A stretch of 64,000 nucleotides of DNA from Octopus vulgaris. Lineage: Eukaryota. Positions 41,640 to 55,100 of the stretch are shown piece by piece; the stretch's first letter is position 1; every line of letters begins with the position of its first letter. A model generated the notes under the pieces. That model saw nothing but the letters and a program-made list of their open reading frames with translations, did not search any database and was not told the origin of the DNA. Location of the stretch: assembly GCA_951406725.2 (NCBI GenBank), contig OX597843.1, forward strand, positions 14,136,001-14,200,000. Direction: 5' to 3'. A program made the position numbers and the translations under genes.

Positions 41640-43665
41640 GCAAGTGCAGTTTATTGCCCAATGATTGAAGGATACTCTTAAATGGGCTGGTTATGCTGCA
41701 CTGGCATAGGCCACAGTTATGGTCTCACGTGGCTTGCCGAGTCTTCTCAAGCACAGCATATCTCCAAAGGTCTCGGTCACTTGTCATCGATTCCATGAGG
41801 CCCATCATATGAAGGTCATGTTTCACCACCTCATCCCAGTTCTTCTTGGGTCTACCTCTTCCACAGGTTCCCCTCAACCGCTAGGGTGTGACACTTTTTC
41901 ACACAGCTGTTCTCATTCATTCGCAACACATGACCATAGCACAGTCGTCTCTCTTGCACACCACATCTGATGCTTCTTAGGTCCAACTTTTCTCTCAGGG
42001 CGCTTACACTCTGTCATGTATGCACACTGACATTACACATCCAACGGATCATACTGGATTCATTCCTCGTAAGCTTACGCATGGCCTCAGCAGTCGCAGC
42101 CCATGTTTCACTGCCATGTAGCATGGCTGTTCGTACACATGCATCATACAGTCTACCTTTTACTCTGCACGGGAGGTCCTTTGTCACCAGCAGAGGTAAG
42201 AGCTCACTGAACTTTGCCCAGGCTATTCTTATTCTAGCAGCTACACTCTCAGAGCATCCACCCCTGCTACTGACTTGGTCACCTAGGTAACGGAAGCTAT
42301 CAACTACTTCTAGTTTTTCCCCGACGTGTGACAGAAGCTGTTTTCTAGACATTTTGTATTTATTGCCACTCACAAAAACTATCTTCCCAGTTAGCCTTCC
42401 TTTGATATTGCTGCACTTCTTATGTATCCATAGCTTACACTGGGTACATCTTCTGGAGTTTCTCCCTATGCCTTTTCTACAGATCTGGCAGGACCATCTA
42501 CCTGAAAGGATTTGTGATTTGCTTGCTAAGACTTTGGTTCTTGCTAGATTGACTCTAAGGCCCCTTTGATTCTCCTCTAGTTCTGATAGTGACTCAGTAA
42601 TTAGAGCAAGGTCATCAGCATGGAGAAGCTCCCAGGGGCATCCTGTCTTGAATCCCTGTTATTTGCCTGGTGGGCTATGATGAATAAGAGGGGGCTTGGT
42701 GAATCCCTACTTCTACCTGGAATTCTTCACTATACACATTGCCAACCCTCACCTTTCTGACAGCATCCCTGTACATGGCTTGCACAGCTCCATCTATCCC
42801 TAGTTTCCTCATTGACCATCAGATACGTGATCGGAGGACCCTGTCAAAGGCTTTCTCCATGTCAACAAAAGCCAAGTACAGAGGTTTATCTTTGGCTACG
42901 TATTTCTCTTGCAGCTGTCTCACCAGAAATTTGGCATCAGTGGTGCTTTTCCCTGGCACAAACCCAAACTGCATCTCATCTAGGCTGACTCACTCCCTAA
43001 TTAGTTGGGCTATGACCCTTTCTGTAACCTTCATTACCTGATCCAACAACTTGATACCTCTATAATTATTCATATCTAATGCATCACCATTTACCTTTGT
43101 AGCAGTTGACTATTATGCTGCTACACCAGTCATTGGGTATGACTCCTTCGTGTATCACCTGGTTAACTATACAGGTGACCAGGCTATAGCCAACACTGCC
43201 AGATATTTTGAGCATCTCTGTGGTGATTCCTGATGGACTGTGGGCTTTCCCTGTCTTCATACCCTTAATTGCTTTATCTACCAAGGTACTGTCAATTCAG
43301 ATAGCTGGTCCCTCTGTTGGGTCAACATTCAGCAAACTCTCTTCTCCCATTTAGCAATCTTTCATAGTGGCATCTCCAAGTCTCTCTCTTTGCAGCATCA
43401 TCAAACGCAAGTGAGCCATCATCCATGCAGACACATTTCTCTCCTACAACATCACGATTCTCTCTCACACACACTGTCTTGCAACATGAAACACTTTAAG
43501 TCTTTGGTCCTCATGACAATGGACATTGCCAAACTTTTTCTTATCTGCTTCCCCTCTGGCTAAGTAAACCTGTCTCCTAGCTTCCCTTCTCTGCTACCAC
43601 CATTCTTCCAGTCCTTCAATGCCTGTTTCTTTTCTCTAATGGCCCTGTCGACTACATTGTTCTTC
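41640..43665 (-). mobile_element. RTE-clade LINE, degenerate RT and 3' region
   Basis: minus-strand KDKPLYLAFVDMEKAFDRV, WELLHADDLAL, DSFRYLGDQV, AMLHGSETWA motifs with stops and frameshifts. Confidence 0.85.
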
Positions 43666-43994
43666 GGTTGAGAGGGGACTTAGCACCATCTACAGATCTG
43701 GTCATATCAACAAGTTTGTCAATTGTTCAGGGAAGGTCCTCCAAGATCAGTTCATGCAAGGGTTCCAGGACTGCTTCCGATAGTGGAAAAAGGAACCAGA
43801 CCAACTCAACGCTTCAAAAGGAGAATACTTTGAAGGTGATAAAAGTGTAAACATGTAAAACTGAATAAAATAACATTGCAAAATTCTGGTTTCTTTTGGG
43901 TCCCCCAATGTGTGTGTATAATAAAATAGGGTAATAAAAATTATTATTACCAGTGGCCTAGCACAAAAGACGAATTAGTCATTAGCCTATATAT

Positions 43995-44195
43995 CAGTGC
44001 TTTTCAAACTTTTTGCTGGAGCGGAACCCCAAGGAAACATTCCACTGGCTCAAGGAACCCCTGTGCAATAATTTAATAGTCTTACGCACACATATCTGCA
44101 CAGGAGACTTAAAAATTACTGCTGATTTTAGCAGTTTTGTAACTTCTTGCAGAACCCCTGGACTGTACTGGCGGAACCCTGGTTGAAAACCACTG
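43995..44195. mobile_element. hAT-type MITE
   Basis: CAGTGCTTTTCAA...TTGAAAACCACTG termini; perfect 8-bp TSD ctatatat. Confidence 0.85.
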
Positions 44196-44198
44196 CTA

Positions 44199-44458
44199 TA
44201 TATTATTCATATAGAAATACAATAAAAGGCTTCCAAATAAGGAAGCGATGTGCTAGAACACAAAAAGGGATAAATTCGTGAAAGCAATGAAAATTAAAAA
44301 CATTTACCATCTCAGCTATATCCCAGACCGAACGGTTAGCTGAGATGGTAAATGTTTTTGATTTACATTCCTTTCGTGAATTTATCCCTTTTTGTGTTTC
44401 TAGCACTACGCTTCCTTATTTGGAAGCCTCTTATTGTATTTCTATATGAATAATATAT
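44199..44458. repeat. Fold-back element (~120-bp arms, ~18-nt loop)
   Basis: ...CATTTACCATCTCAGCTA / TAGCTGAGATGGTAAATG... Confidence 0.88.
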
Positions 44459-46194
44459 ACACACATATATAAAACGTACTTTATACTCACTCACACACAT
44501 ACATTAACATAAATGCCAAAAAACACAGTTTTTATATTAATATTATTTGTTTTCATTTTTACAATGTTCAATGTCCTGTCCTCAATGCTGGACATGACCC
44601 CTCCCCCCCTGCTGTCCATAGATCCCCTGTTCCAGAGACAAGGGCTTCAAATCTCTCTCTGTCCCATCTGTTCTCCTGGATCAGTTCTTCTCAAAGATTT
44701 CCGTCATGCTGGAGCACTGCCTTTCAAGCTGTTCTTGTTTGAATGTGTGAGAGAAGCACAATCCACCCGGGGTTAAATGTTTGTATAAACACACACACAT
44801 CTATATCTGTTTATACAAATATACATACATATATATATATATCTACATGAATACAACAGTATATATAAACATATATTTATAAACACACACACACACATAC
44901 AAGTATATATTTAACTTTTTATCATTGAAACCAGCCCCTATCTGGCCCTGAATTTCTGTTTTATGTTCAAAATTGTTAGATCTGGCTTCTCACACTTACC
45001 CAACAATGTCATTGTAAAAATAGATGACATCATTGAAATTTCAAAGCTGTGATTAATTAATGCAGGATTAATTAAAATTGAATTTGTATTTCATTTGACA
45101 GAATAACCATTAAAGGGTTAAAAACCTCCACATATTTGTACAACTAGACAAACATACAAGTGTATAGATGACACACACATAATAATATACATACACAAAG
45201 AGCACACATACACACACATTACATAGAGTAAACAAGAATAAAACAGATTTTAAGGCAGACCTACGATACTCAGAGTAGTTTGCCTTAAATATTTTAGGCT
45301 TGGTTTGACTGTTTGTTTGCCTAAGTCTAATTAATCCCTCTATTTTTACTATTTAACACACACACATATATAAATTAGTTTATTTTCATTAATGTAAGAT
45401 CAACAAAAAAAAGTCCAGTGAGAGGTAAATATCATTTAATGGACACAATATAAAGATAAGAGCTCTAATAGTTTTTTGCATTTGGAGACAGGGTTCTCGG
45501 TAGGGTTCTATAATGCGCTTTGTCTCCAAACAATCTCCAGGCTCTGGGCACATTGTCTGTTCTGTTTGAAAATCAGGACACTGGTACGAGAGGAATCAGG
45601 AGAAGAAAAACAAGAAGGCAGATGTGGAAATGGAATCTAAATTCTTCTCGTTTTTCTCTTCTGATTCCTCTTTGGATTTGCTTCCTGATCTGCAAATTGA
45701 AAAGAGCCGACAGATTGCTTGGAGGCACAAGGGGTGTTATAAAAACTCAACCAGACCCATGTCTCGAAACAACAACACTATTTGTAGCTCAAATCTTCAT
45801 ACTGTGCACATTACAATATATATATATATATAACAATAATAATAAAGGGTAAAATTAATTAACTAATTAGTAATTAATAATTTTACCAAACAGTGTTCAG
45901 TATGTAAAAGGACCATTTACGGTAAACTTAAACATTAGTTTATATAATTAGGGTTCAGCAAAAAAATTTGCTTTACCACATACTGAACTTTTAGAAATAG
46001 CAGCCAAAGAATTTAGCTATTTCTTCTTCTATAAAAAGAGTCTCCCAGACAATGTGTATATATATATATATATATAATCGTTATCATCATCATTTACTGT
46101 CCACCATCTATGCTGGCATTCCTGCACCAGACTTCTGTGTCAGTTTTGGTACAGTTTTTATGGCTGGATGCCCTTCCTAACACCACCCCCAAAC

Positions 46195-46800
46195 AGATTG
46201 GACTGTGTGTGTGTATGGTTGGAGGTTTAAAGATTCCAGAGCAAACCTTTGGCAAGATTCTGCTTGCCACAGTTAACGAATTCCAGTGATGAGTGCATTG
46301 ATGGCTTGGTTTTGGTGGACGACAACACGGTGGCCTCTAAGTGTGTCGAAGAAAAATATATTTACCTCTGGAACCTTACTGATCATGCACCCCCTGCTAC
46401 GGCACTAGTAGAATTGAAGAAGTCAAGTACCAGGTCATGGATGAACCATACGTCTACATGTCTGGAGGGAAGGACCATCTAGTTGTGGGTGATGCAGAGG
46501 GCAGAATTTTCATTTACAACCTGAAGAACATCCTAGGAAAGTCAAGCTCTAAGGGAGATAACCCAAACTTGACAATTTCAAAGGGAGGTAATTTGCTTCA
46601 TTTGCCGTCACGAGTGTTTGACTGGTCAATCATTGAATACAATTGTGATGACAGTGGTGGAAACAAGACAGAGGAGGATGCAGCGATGGGTAATGATGGA
46701 GGAAGAAGAAGAAGAGGAACGAGCCATCATCAACAGCGAGGTTTTGGCTGCGACAGCTGATTGTAATCTTGTCTGTATCTGGAAGGTCTACACACATTGA
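46195..46800 (+). pseudogene. LRWD1: LRWD1 (ORCA)-like C-terminal WD40 fragment with frameshifts
   Basis: three overlapping frames give IDGLVLVDDNTVASK..IYLWN / LVVGDAEGRIFIYNLKNIL / AIINS..LAATADCNLVCIWK, paralleling the LRWD1 C-terminus (VDGLAFVNEDIVASK, CGDEEGNVWLYD, LTALTDSNIVAIW, recalled); no introns. Confidence 0.7.
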
Positions 46801-48305
46801 AAGACGGACTGTGGTGTGTGTGAGTGTAATTGTATATACATGTGTGTTTATGGGGGAGTTCACACACACACATATATATGTATGTATAAAACTTTCGAGC
46901 GTGGCCGTTGCCAGTACCGCCTGACTGGCCCCCCCGTGCCGGTGGCACATAAAAGCACCCACTACACTCTCGGAGTGGTTGGTATTAGGAAGGGCATCCA
47001 GCTGTTGAAACTCTGCCAGATCAAGACTGGAGCCTGGTTCACCAGCCCTCAGTCAAATCGTCCAACCCATGCTAGCATGCAAAGCAGACGTTAATCGGAC
47101 GATGATGATGATTATGATATGTATGTATACACACATGCGTGTAAAGGCAGGTGGCTAAGTGGTTAGGGTGTTGCACTAACAACTGCATAGTCATGGTTTC
47201 AAATCCCTGACTGGGTGGTGTGTTGTGTTCTTGAGCAAAACGTGTCATTCCATGTTTCTTCATCCCACTCAGCTGTAAAGTGTGTAAGCCTGTGATGGAC
47301 TGGCATCCCATTCTGGAGCAATGTTAGTCTGACCACCTCACAAGTAGGCTGGCTTCATCCGAAAGCTACATCAAACCAAGGAAGCACATTGTGACCAGTG
47401 GTGTATAACATCCAACAAACTAGTTGATACAATAACTAATATATACACACATTACTCGACTCAGTCACTGGACTGTGGCCATGCTAGCACCTGAAGGGCT
47501 TTAGATGAATGAATTGACCCCCCAGTACTTATTCTATTGGTCACTTATGCCCAACTGCTAAGTTACAGGGATGTAAAAACAAAAACATAAGCATGCACGC
47601 GCACACACACATATATAAGTACACACACATGACAAGGTTCTTTCAGTTTTCGTCTACCAAAATCCACTAAGAAGGCTTTGGTCAGCCTGAGGCTATAGTA
47701 AAAGACACTTGCCCAAGGTGCCACGCAGTGGGACTGAACCTGGAACCTTGTTGTTGGGAAGCAAACTTTTTACAACACAACTATACCTGCACTTACACGT
47801 ACACCCATAGGCAACAGATGTCACCAGTTTCTGTCTTTATACTTCGAAGGTGTTGGTCTGGGGCACAGCCCAAAGCCAAGGACCTTAGAAAGACAGTTGA
47901 AGCAAAACTTATATCGAATATTCTTTCACTGACCACCACCACCACCACCACAACTACCAGTAAACACCAGCTGACCATCATGTTGTGGTTGCCGCTGTTG
48001 TTTTATGTCTGTGATGAAAGAGAACGGGTTTAGGATGGGGGAGCAGAAGTGAGGACAACAGCAACCAAAAGGGGAGAGACCACCACCAAAGGATCACCTT
48101 TATAACCAACCACATATATACACACACGTGTGTGGGTATGTATACACACACACACACACACACACACTGCCATACATGCAATTACACTTAAATAAAAGCC
48201 AGGGTGGTCACAGGTGGAACGTCTATGTCCACAGGTTTGCTGGACAAGGATTGACCTGTGGCAGTCAACAACAAGGCAGGACGTATAGATAGGACATAGC
48301 CATTG

Positions 48306-48790
48306 CTGGATTAGGACTGACCTGGGGTTAAACAAAAACAGGGAAGGTCACATTGGATAATGTAGTCCTAGATACACAATGTCTGAATAAAAGACAAGAT
48401 GGTCACGGCTGGAACCTCTTTGATCATAGGTCAGCTGGATCAGGACTGACCTGGGGCTAAACAACAACAATAATGAAGGACACATTTGATAATGTAGTCC
48501 TAGATACACTATGCCAGAATAAAAGACAGGATGGTCATAGCTGGAGCATCTTTGATCATAGGCCTGTCTGGATCAGGACTGACCTGGGGTTAAACAAAAA
48601 CAGGGAAGGACACATTAGATAATGTAGTCTGAGATATACTATGGCTGCATTAAGACAGGGTGGTCACAGCTGGAACATCTTTGACCATAGGTCTGCTGGA
48701 TCTGGACTGATCTTGGGCTAAACAAATTAAATAACGTAGTCCTAGATACACATGTACTAAGCTTGACATAAAGATAGGATAGTCATGGAT
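48306..48790. repeat. ~130-bp tandem repeat, about 3.5 copies
   Basis: CTGGAT.AGGACTGACCTGGGG recurs at ~48307, 48435, 48568, 48697. Confidence 0.85.
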
Positions 48791-49509
48791 GGAATGTCTG
48801 CTGGCACAAAGCTCCTGGAGTGTTTCCCAAAAAGCAATGATGGAGGGAGAGGGGTGGAACATAGCGAGATGCTGATTTGGTGGTGTCCCTTTACCCCTAG
48901 GTAGACGTTGCAGAGACCTCAGGGTGACAACAATGGAAGATGAGAGAGAGAGGAGGCAGTATACATGGGGGGGGGAGATGCAAAAAAAAAAAAAGAAATA
49001 CCAAAACAAAGAAAAGCAGAATTAAAGCCATCACATCACATCGGTGGGAAGAGACAAAGGACTGTTTTGGTCTGCGGTGGGCCAGGAAGGATTGGAGATG
49101 GTATGTGTGTGTGTGGCAGGGGAAAAGGGTGTGAACAGAAGCAAGCAAGGGAGCAGGAGTACCAGGTGGGATTAAGGATTGGCAGTCGAGGGTTTATGGG
49201 GTTTAGACGGAGAAAAACTGGGAACACAGCAAGGGGCCACTTCTCCTCATCAAATAATTCTTTCTAATAATGACACAGGGCCTGAAATTTTAGGGGCTGG
49301 TTGATTACAGGTATGTAAAAATGGCATTGACCCAGAGAGAATGAACAGCAAAGTTGACCTAAGCAGAATTTGAACTCAGTAATAACGATGATGATGATGA
49401 TGATGGTGGTAACCATCAGAGGCACAAAATCACAAATACATTCTATATATATATATGCACACACATAGATGTATGTGTGTGTGTATATATATGCACACAA
49501 ATGTGTATA

Positions 49510-49555
<46 letters not shown>

Positions 49556-50281
49556 TATGTATACATTATATGTGTGTGTACACATATACACACACACACA
49601 ATAATATAAACGGAAGCAGCTCTTGTCACAAATGCTGTGGTGTTCTGAGATCAAATCCATGTGACGTCTACGCTGTGTATTTGCGATTGTGGGGCCAGAG
49701 TAAGGTGTGATAAAGTTCATTGCAGACGATGCCTATGTTGAATGTGTCAGTAGAGCTTGTGGTGGTGGTGGTGGTGGTGGAGGGGGAGGAATGGCAGGAG
49801 TAGCGATGGTGGTGGAGTTGGCAGGAATAGTGGGGGGGTGGCAGAGGTGGTGGTGGTGGTGGTAGGAGGACACACAAGAGTGCTGGTGGGAGCAATAACT
49901 ATTGGGGTTTGGGACATCAAAATTAAAATAGCGACAATAGCAGGGGTGGTGGCCATGTGTTGGGGTGGAATGGTGTGGCAGAAATAGTGGTGGTAGTAGT
50001 AGTAGTAGTAGTAGCAGTCACTCTGGTCATGTGATGGCTACAGTTGTTTCAAAAAATAGTTAAATAGTTATAAAAAGATAGATGTGTGTGTGTGAGTGTA
50101 TATATATATACACACATGACAAAAGAGATAAAGACTAAAAGTGGAAGAGAAGGAGAAACACAACAGAAGGAGACAGAGAGGAAGTTTAAATGTGTAGGTG
50201 TGTGTATATATATATATGTATAATTATACACACATACACACACACATTTACAATGCATATATACATACGCAATTAATACAC

Positions 50282-50346
<65 letters not shown>

Positions 50347-50364
50347 TTATATATATTATATATA

Positions 50365-50472
<108 letters not shown>

Positions 50473-50668
50473 TCACACAAGATATAACTGTATACACACA
50501 CACACACACGTAAGTTTGATAGATAGATATATATATATATATACATACATTACAATATACACACACACACACACATATATAAAACCACCCACACGCAGAG
50601 TGACACACAGACAAGTGTGTGTAGTGTTTTGTCTGGTATTCAGTTAGTGAGTGTATATATATTAAACA

Positions 50669-50907
50669 TCATGTGATAATGCGGTAACTGTGAGTGTGGT
50701 CCTCTGTGATGGCTTTCTGAGCAATGGCTACGTGTCCAACGAGGTAAATGTTGTCATAGAGGTGGCCGGCGAGGTCGTCTTGGATCTCGTGGGCCGCCCG
50801 CCGCGTGTTCCGAATGAACTCACGCTTCGACATCTTGTTCTTGACATGAGGGCTGCAGAGGTCGACGGAGAGCATGATGAGGGAGAAACAGAGAATGAAG
50901 ACAGTGT
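50669..50907 (-). CDS. FBXO8: FBXO8 last coding exon (239 nt)
   Basis: tttgcag|AC; DTVFILCFSLIMLSVDLCSPHVKNKMSKREFIRNTRRAA...GHLYDNIYLVGHVA...TGA; the five exons sum to 891 nt in frame. Confidence 0.95.
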
Positions 50908-53854
50908 CTGCAAAAGAGAAGAACAACAGACTAGAATGGAAACAAGGGGTCAAAATTTGGAAACACAAGGCTTCCCCTGTGCCTCTTCTCCACCGCTGGC
51001 CAACGGAAACCTTGCACGTGGATAAGGGCCAGAGGGAAACTGAAAGAAGCTGTTTGGGTGGGTAAACAAGAAGTTTGCTCCCCAACCACACCCTGCTGGT
51101 ACACTTAGTGGCACCTTGGGTAAGTGCCCTCTATTATTGCTTTGGGAGATGGAAACTGAAAGAAGCTTGTCATATGTAGCTGTGTGTGTGGCAAGATGTT
51201 GGCTCCCAAACCACATGGTTCTGAGTTCAATCCTGATGCATTGCATCTTATCGCCCTGAGTCAACCAGAGTCTTGTGAGTGGATTTGATGGAGAGAAACT
51301 GAAGATGCTTCCAGCATCATATCCTGATAACCCAGCAAAGGGTTTAACCAAAACGAACACACACGTGTGTGTGTGAAGGTGCGTGGCTTGGTAGTTAGGT
51401 GTGTGGCAACCACAGTTGTGAGATCATGATTTCAATTCCTAGATTGGCTGGGCATTGTATTTCTTGAGCAAATCACTTCATTTGAAATCGCCCCAGTCCT
51501 TTGCAAATGAAATTCATAGATTTATAACATCTTAATCTAAATATAATCAACTCACCTTAAAAGAGAATGGTAATTACCTCCCCTGCTGCTAATTATAAGA
51601 ATCACTAATGACCTCCTCATTCATTTACAAAATACCCCCGTCCTATTAACATGGAATGAAAACTGATAACATGCTGTTGTAAAATTATCACTAATATCGA
51701 TGTCATAGTTAGCACAAGTGAAACTGGTTGACAATGTAAATATTATATTTTATAAAAATATACAGTGGGTGGGGTGTTGCAGAAGTAGGTATACAGTTAT
51801 TTTTATCAAAAAAATTTCAGAAGTTACAATGAAAGTGTTGTCATAGTTATGATAAATATATTATTATGATTAATGATATTGAAAATACCAATAGTGAGGC
51901 TAATTAATTTAATGTGCTAATAATTTTAAGGAATTAAATAGGTGTACCTGTATATTCTGTGCATTGAAGACTTTGATAGAACATGCCATAGATTTTTATT
52001 ACTGTTTAACACCCACTTTTTCTCAGTCGGAGAGAATTTACTGAGGCAGATTTTCTACAACCGAAACGCTTTCCCTGTCACTAACCCTCACCTGTTTCCA
52101 AGCAAGGTAACTTTTCGGCAAGGCATGACTGGAAACAAAACGACCTTACTCAAGTGACAGTGATGCTTATGCACAACTGTCCCATGATATCGAGATAAGG
52201 GTACACACAAACATACGAGATCTGATTAAAGGGTATCAGAAAAAAGTCAACAGAGCTGAAGGATACAGAAAGAAGTTGCTCAGCACAGGTTGACCTTGGA
52301 CATTGTTGCACACACACACATTCTCACTCACTTCCGTTGTTTATAGCAATGCTTGGAAGGAAAGTGTGTAGGGTGTGGTCACTTCAAAAGGAAGATCAGG
52401 TCTCAGCTGTGTAGGATCCCTTGTGTTGAGGAAAAGGGAAACTTTTGAAAACAGTTGTGATGGGTTTATGGCTAGAATCCTTAAACCAAAGGCAGATTGG
52501 GTCTCAGGAAGATGCAAACATTTTGAAAACGGTTGACAGATCATGAATCGTGGGTCTGGGGGTATGACCCCAAGACCAAGGCAAGAATCAAATGAAATTT
52601 GAAAGACATTGAGGAAATCCAAGTGAATGTGACGAGGCAGCTGCTTGCTCTCCCAAAAGAGGAGTCCCAGGAATGCTTCCATCAATAGAAACGATGCAGG
52701 ATAAAGTGTGGGACTTCAGAAGGGGTCTACTTTGAAGGAGATCAAATGCCAGAGTGACAGGAGTTGTTTTCTTTTTATAGCCCCAGTCCTGATACATTCT
52801 GATCAGAGCTTGTCTATGTTTATGTGATTGAGAAGCAAACCTCTGAAGCACCCAGCCATCTCTCTATTCTCCCTCCATTGGTGAGAAAGAATGAAAAAGG
52901 AGAGCAGAAACAAGGCCACCATATTCTATTCATTGGGAGATGAAAAGATCTATAAACCATTTCAGAGATTTACTATTTCAGTTTTTTGTTTTTTTTAAGG
53001 AATAAATGGCACAAACAGACACACACACACGCTTTTGCTCGTTTCTGTCTTTTGACTGTGGCCAGGCTGGAGCACTGCCATGAAGGGTTTTGTTGAGCAA
53101 ATCAACCCTAGTAATTATGTAAGTTTTTAAGTTTGGTACCTAGTCTCTCATTCTGCTAGGTTACCGAGGACACAAACAAACCAACACCAGCTGTCAAGTG
53201 GGGAAGGGGGAGGCTGATAAACACACACACACACACACACAAAGTGCATTCTCAAAGTCTGGAGAGTTGTTCAACAGCAACATTTATTAATTTCAAAGAA
53301 ATCCAAAATTCTAATCTCCTTCCAAATAGGATCCTCTGACTTCAGTGCACTTGTAGTGTGCCAGCCACTTTGTGAAGGCCCCAAGGAAACCCTGCAAAAG
53401 TGAAGGCGTCCATGACCCTTGTCACAGCCTCTGTCATCTGTTCCTTTGGCTTGGCAAGCAACCAAAAATCACAAGGAGCAAAGTCCATACTGTGGGGTGG
53501 GTTAGAGGTAGACAATGGAGCTAAATATATATGTATATCACCGTGATCACCGTGATCGACCAGGTTATCAGATGTTACACATCGCTGGTCACAATGCGCT
53601 TCGCATTGTTTTAGCCTTCAAATGACGCCACCCCGCTGGCTAAGAAAGAGCGACAGAAGAAAGAGTGACAGAAAGTTGTGGCGAAAGAGTACAGCAGGGA
53701 TCACCACCACCCCTTGCCGGAGCCTCGTGGAGCTTTAGGTGTTTTCGCTCAATAAACACTCACAACGCCCAGTCTGGGAATCGAAACCGCAATCCTACAA
53801 CTGCAAGTCCGGTGCCCTAACCACTGAGCCATTGCGCCTCTACATACATATATG

Positions 53855-53900
<46 letters not shown>

Positions 53901-54157
53901 GCACTCTACATATATATGAGGGTGTCCTTGTATTTGTTCCCCTACCACCTTGTATTGGTTTGTTTACATCCCAAAAGAGACCAATAAAATAAGTACTAAA
54001 TATTGAGATTTTTTTCAGCAGAAGCACTTCAAAGCAATGCCCCAGCATGGCCGCAGCTCAAAGATTGAAACAAATAAAAGATAGAAAAAAGAAATACAGA
54101 CGTTCTCAAATCCACCGACCACCCCCATAGAGAGTCAGATAAAATCTAAGTGGGTAC

Positions 54158-54342
54158 CTTTAGACAATCCTAGGTTTGGGTTACAGCGGCAATACTGGTC
54201 AGAGAACATCTCTATCATGTCGGTCAGGTAACTTCCACGTTCACCTGGAGCAGAAACTTCACTGAAAAACTGTCGAAGCGCTGTCGGCAAAAATAGGCTG
54301 TGTAAGTTCTGTAGCCGAATTAAATAATGAAGAACATCACGC
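54158..54342 (-). CDS. FBXO8: FBXO8 coding exon 4 (185 nt), Sec7
   Basis: ctttcag|G...AAAG|gtaccc; RDVLHYLIRLQNLHSLFLPTALRQFFSEVSAPGERGSYLTDMIEMFSDQYCRCNPNLGLSK. Confidence 0.93.
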
Positions 54343-54511
54343 CTGAAAGTGATTTAATGGCAAGAAAGAAAGTAGAAAATCAATTATCAATTCGTAATTA
54401 AGCACTATTAAATACAAATTTGCTAATTATCTGACAAAAGATTCACCAACTTCAACAGTGTCAACAATCACTCGGTCTATCCTCTCATCAGAGCATGCTA
54501 AGGGAGTAGAG

Positions 54512-55100
54512 TCATCATCATCATTGTTTGACCGTGGTCGAGACAATGGAATTTACCATGCTACGCCAGACTTCACGGTCCATCATGGCATTATGGAGGT
54601 CCTGTTGCTGGATGCCTGTATCCCTGGAGATTGCATCAGGGTAGGAGAGTGTGCGCCCTCTGGTATTGCGAGTAGATGGCTTCCAGAGGAGAAGAGTAGA
54701 AATTACCTCTTTTTCAGCTCTACAACAATGTCCAGCAAACTGGACTCTTCTACCTTTCACAAGAGATGACGCAGGTGGTAGTTTCCCATATATTTGCATT
54801 TTGGTTGGATGGCGCTTCCACGAGAGATTTTGAGCTCTCGTAAGGAGGCGAGTGTAGGTTCCATCCAACCGCCTCTCAAGCTTCTTTGATAACGTCCAGG
54901 TTTCTGAGCCATATAGTAGAATTGGTTCGACTGTGGCTTTGAAGATTTCAAGTTTGAAGTCTCTACTTAGATTTGATGACCAGATCTTATGCATGTCATT
55001 ACAGGCTGACCAGGCCATACCCTTTCTAGTTAGAAAGTCTTTTCCAGATGATGATATGTATGACCCAAAATATTTGTAATCAGAAACCATATTTAAGGGC
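54512..55100 (-). mobile_element. 5'-truncated RTE-like LINE 3' end (short copy also at ~16865-17000)
   Basis: YKYFGSYI..KATVEPILLYGSETWTL..FAGHC; (TGA)n tail. Confidence 0.8.

Noticed and set aside
48306-48790. Regularly spaced repeats as a CRISPR array
   Set aside because: Whole units repeat with no unique spacers; eukaryotic context and no cas genes
52341-52851. Possible coding exons within the last FBXO8 intron
   Set aside because: FBXO8 is complete without them; likely old LINE debris that I cannot classify
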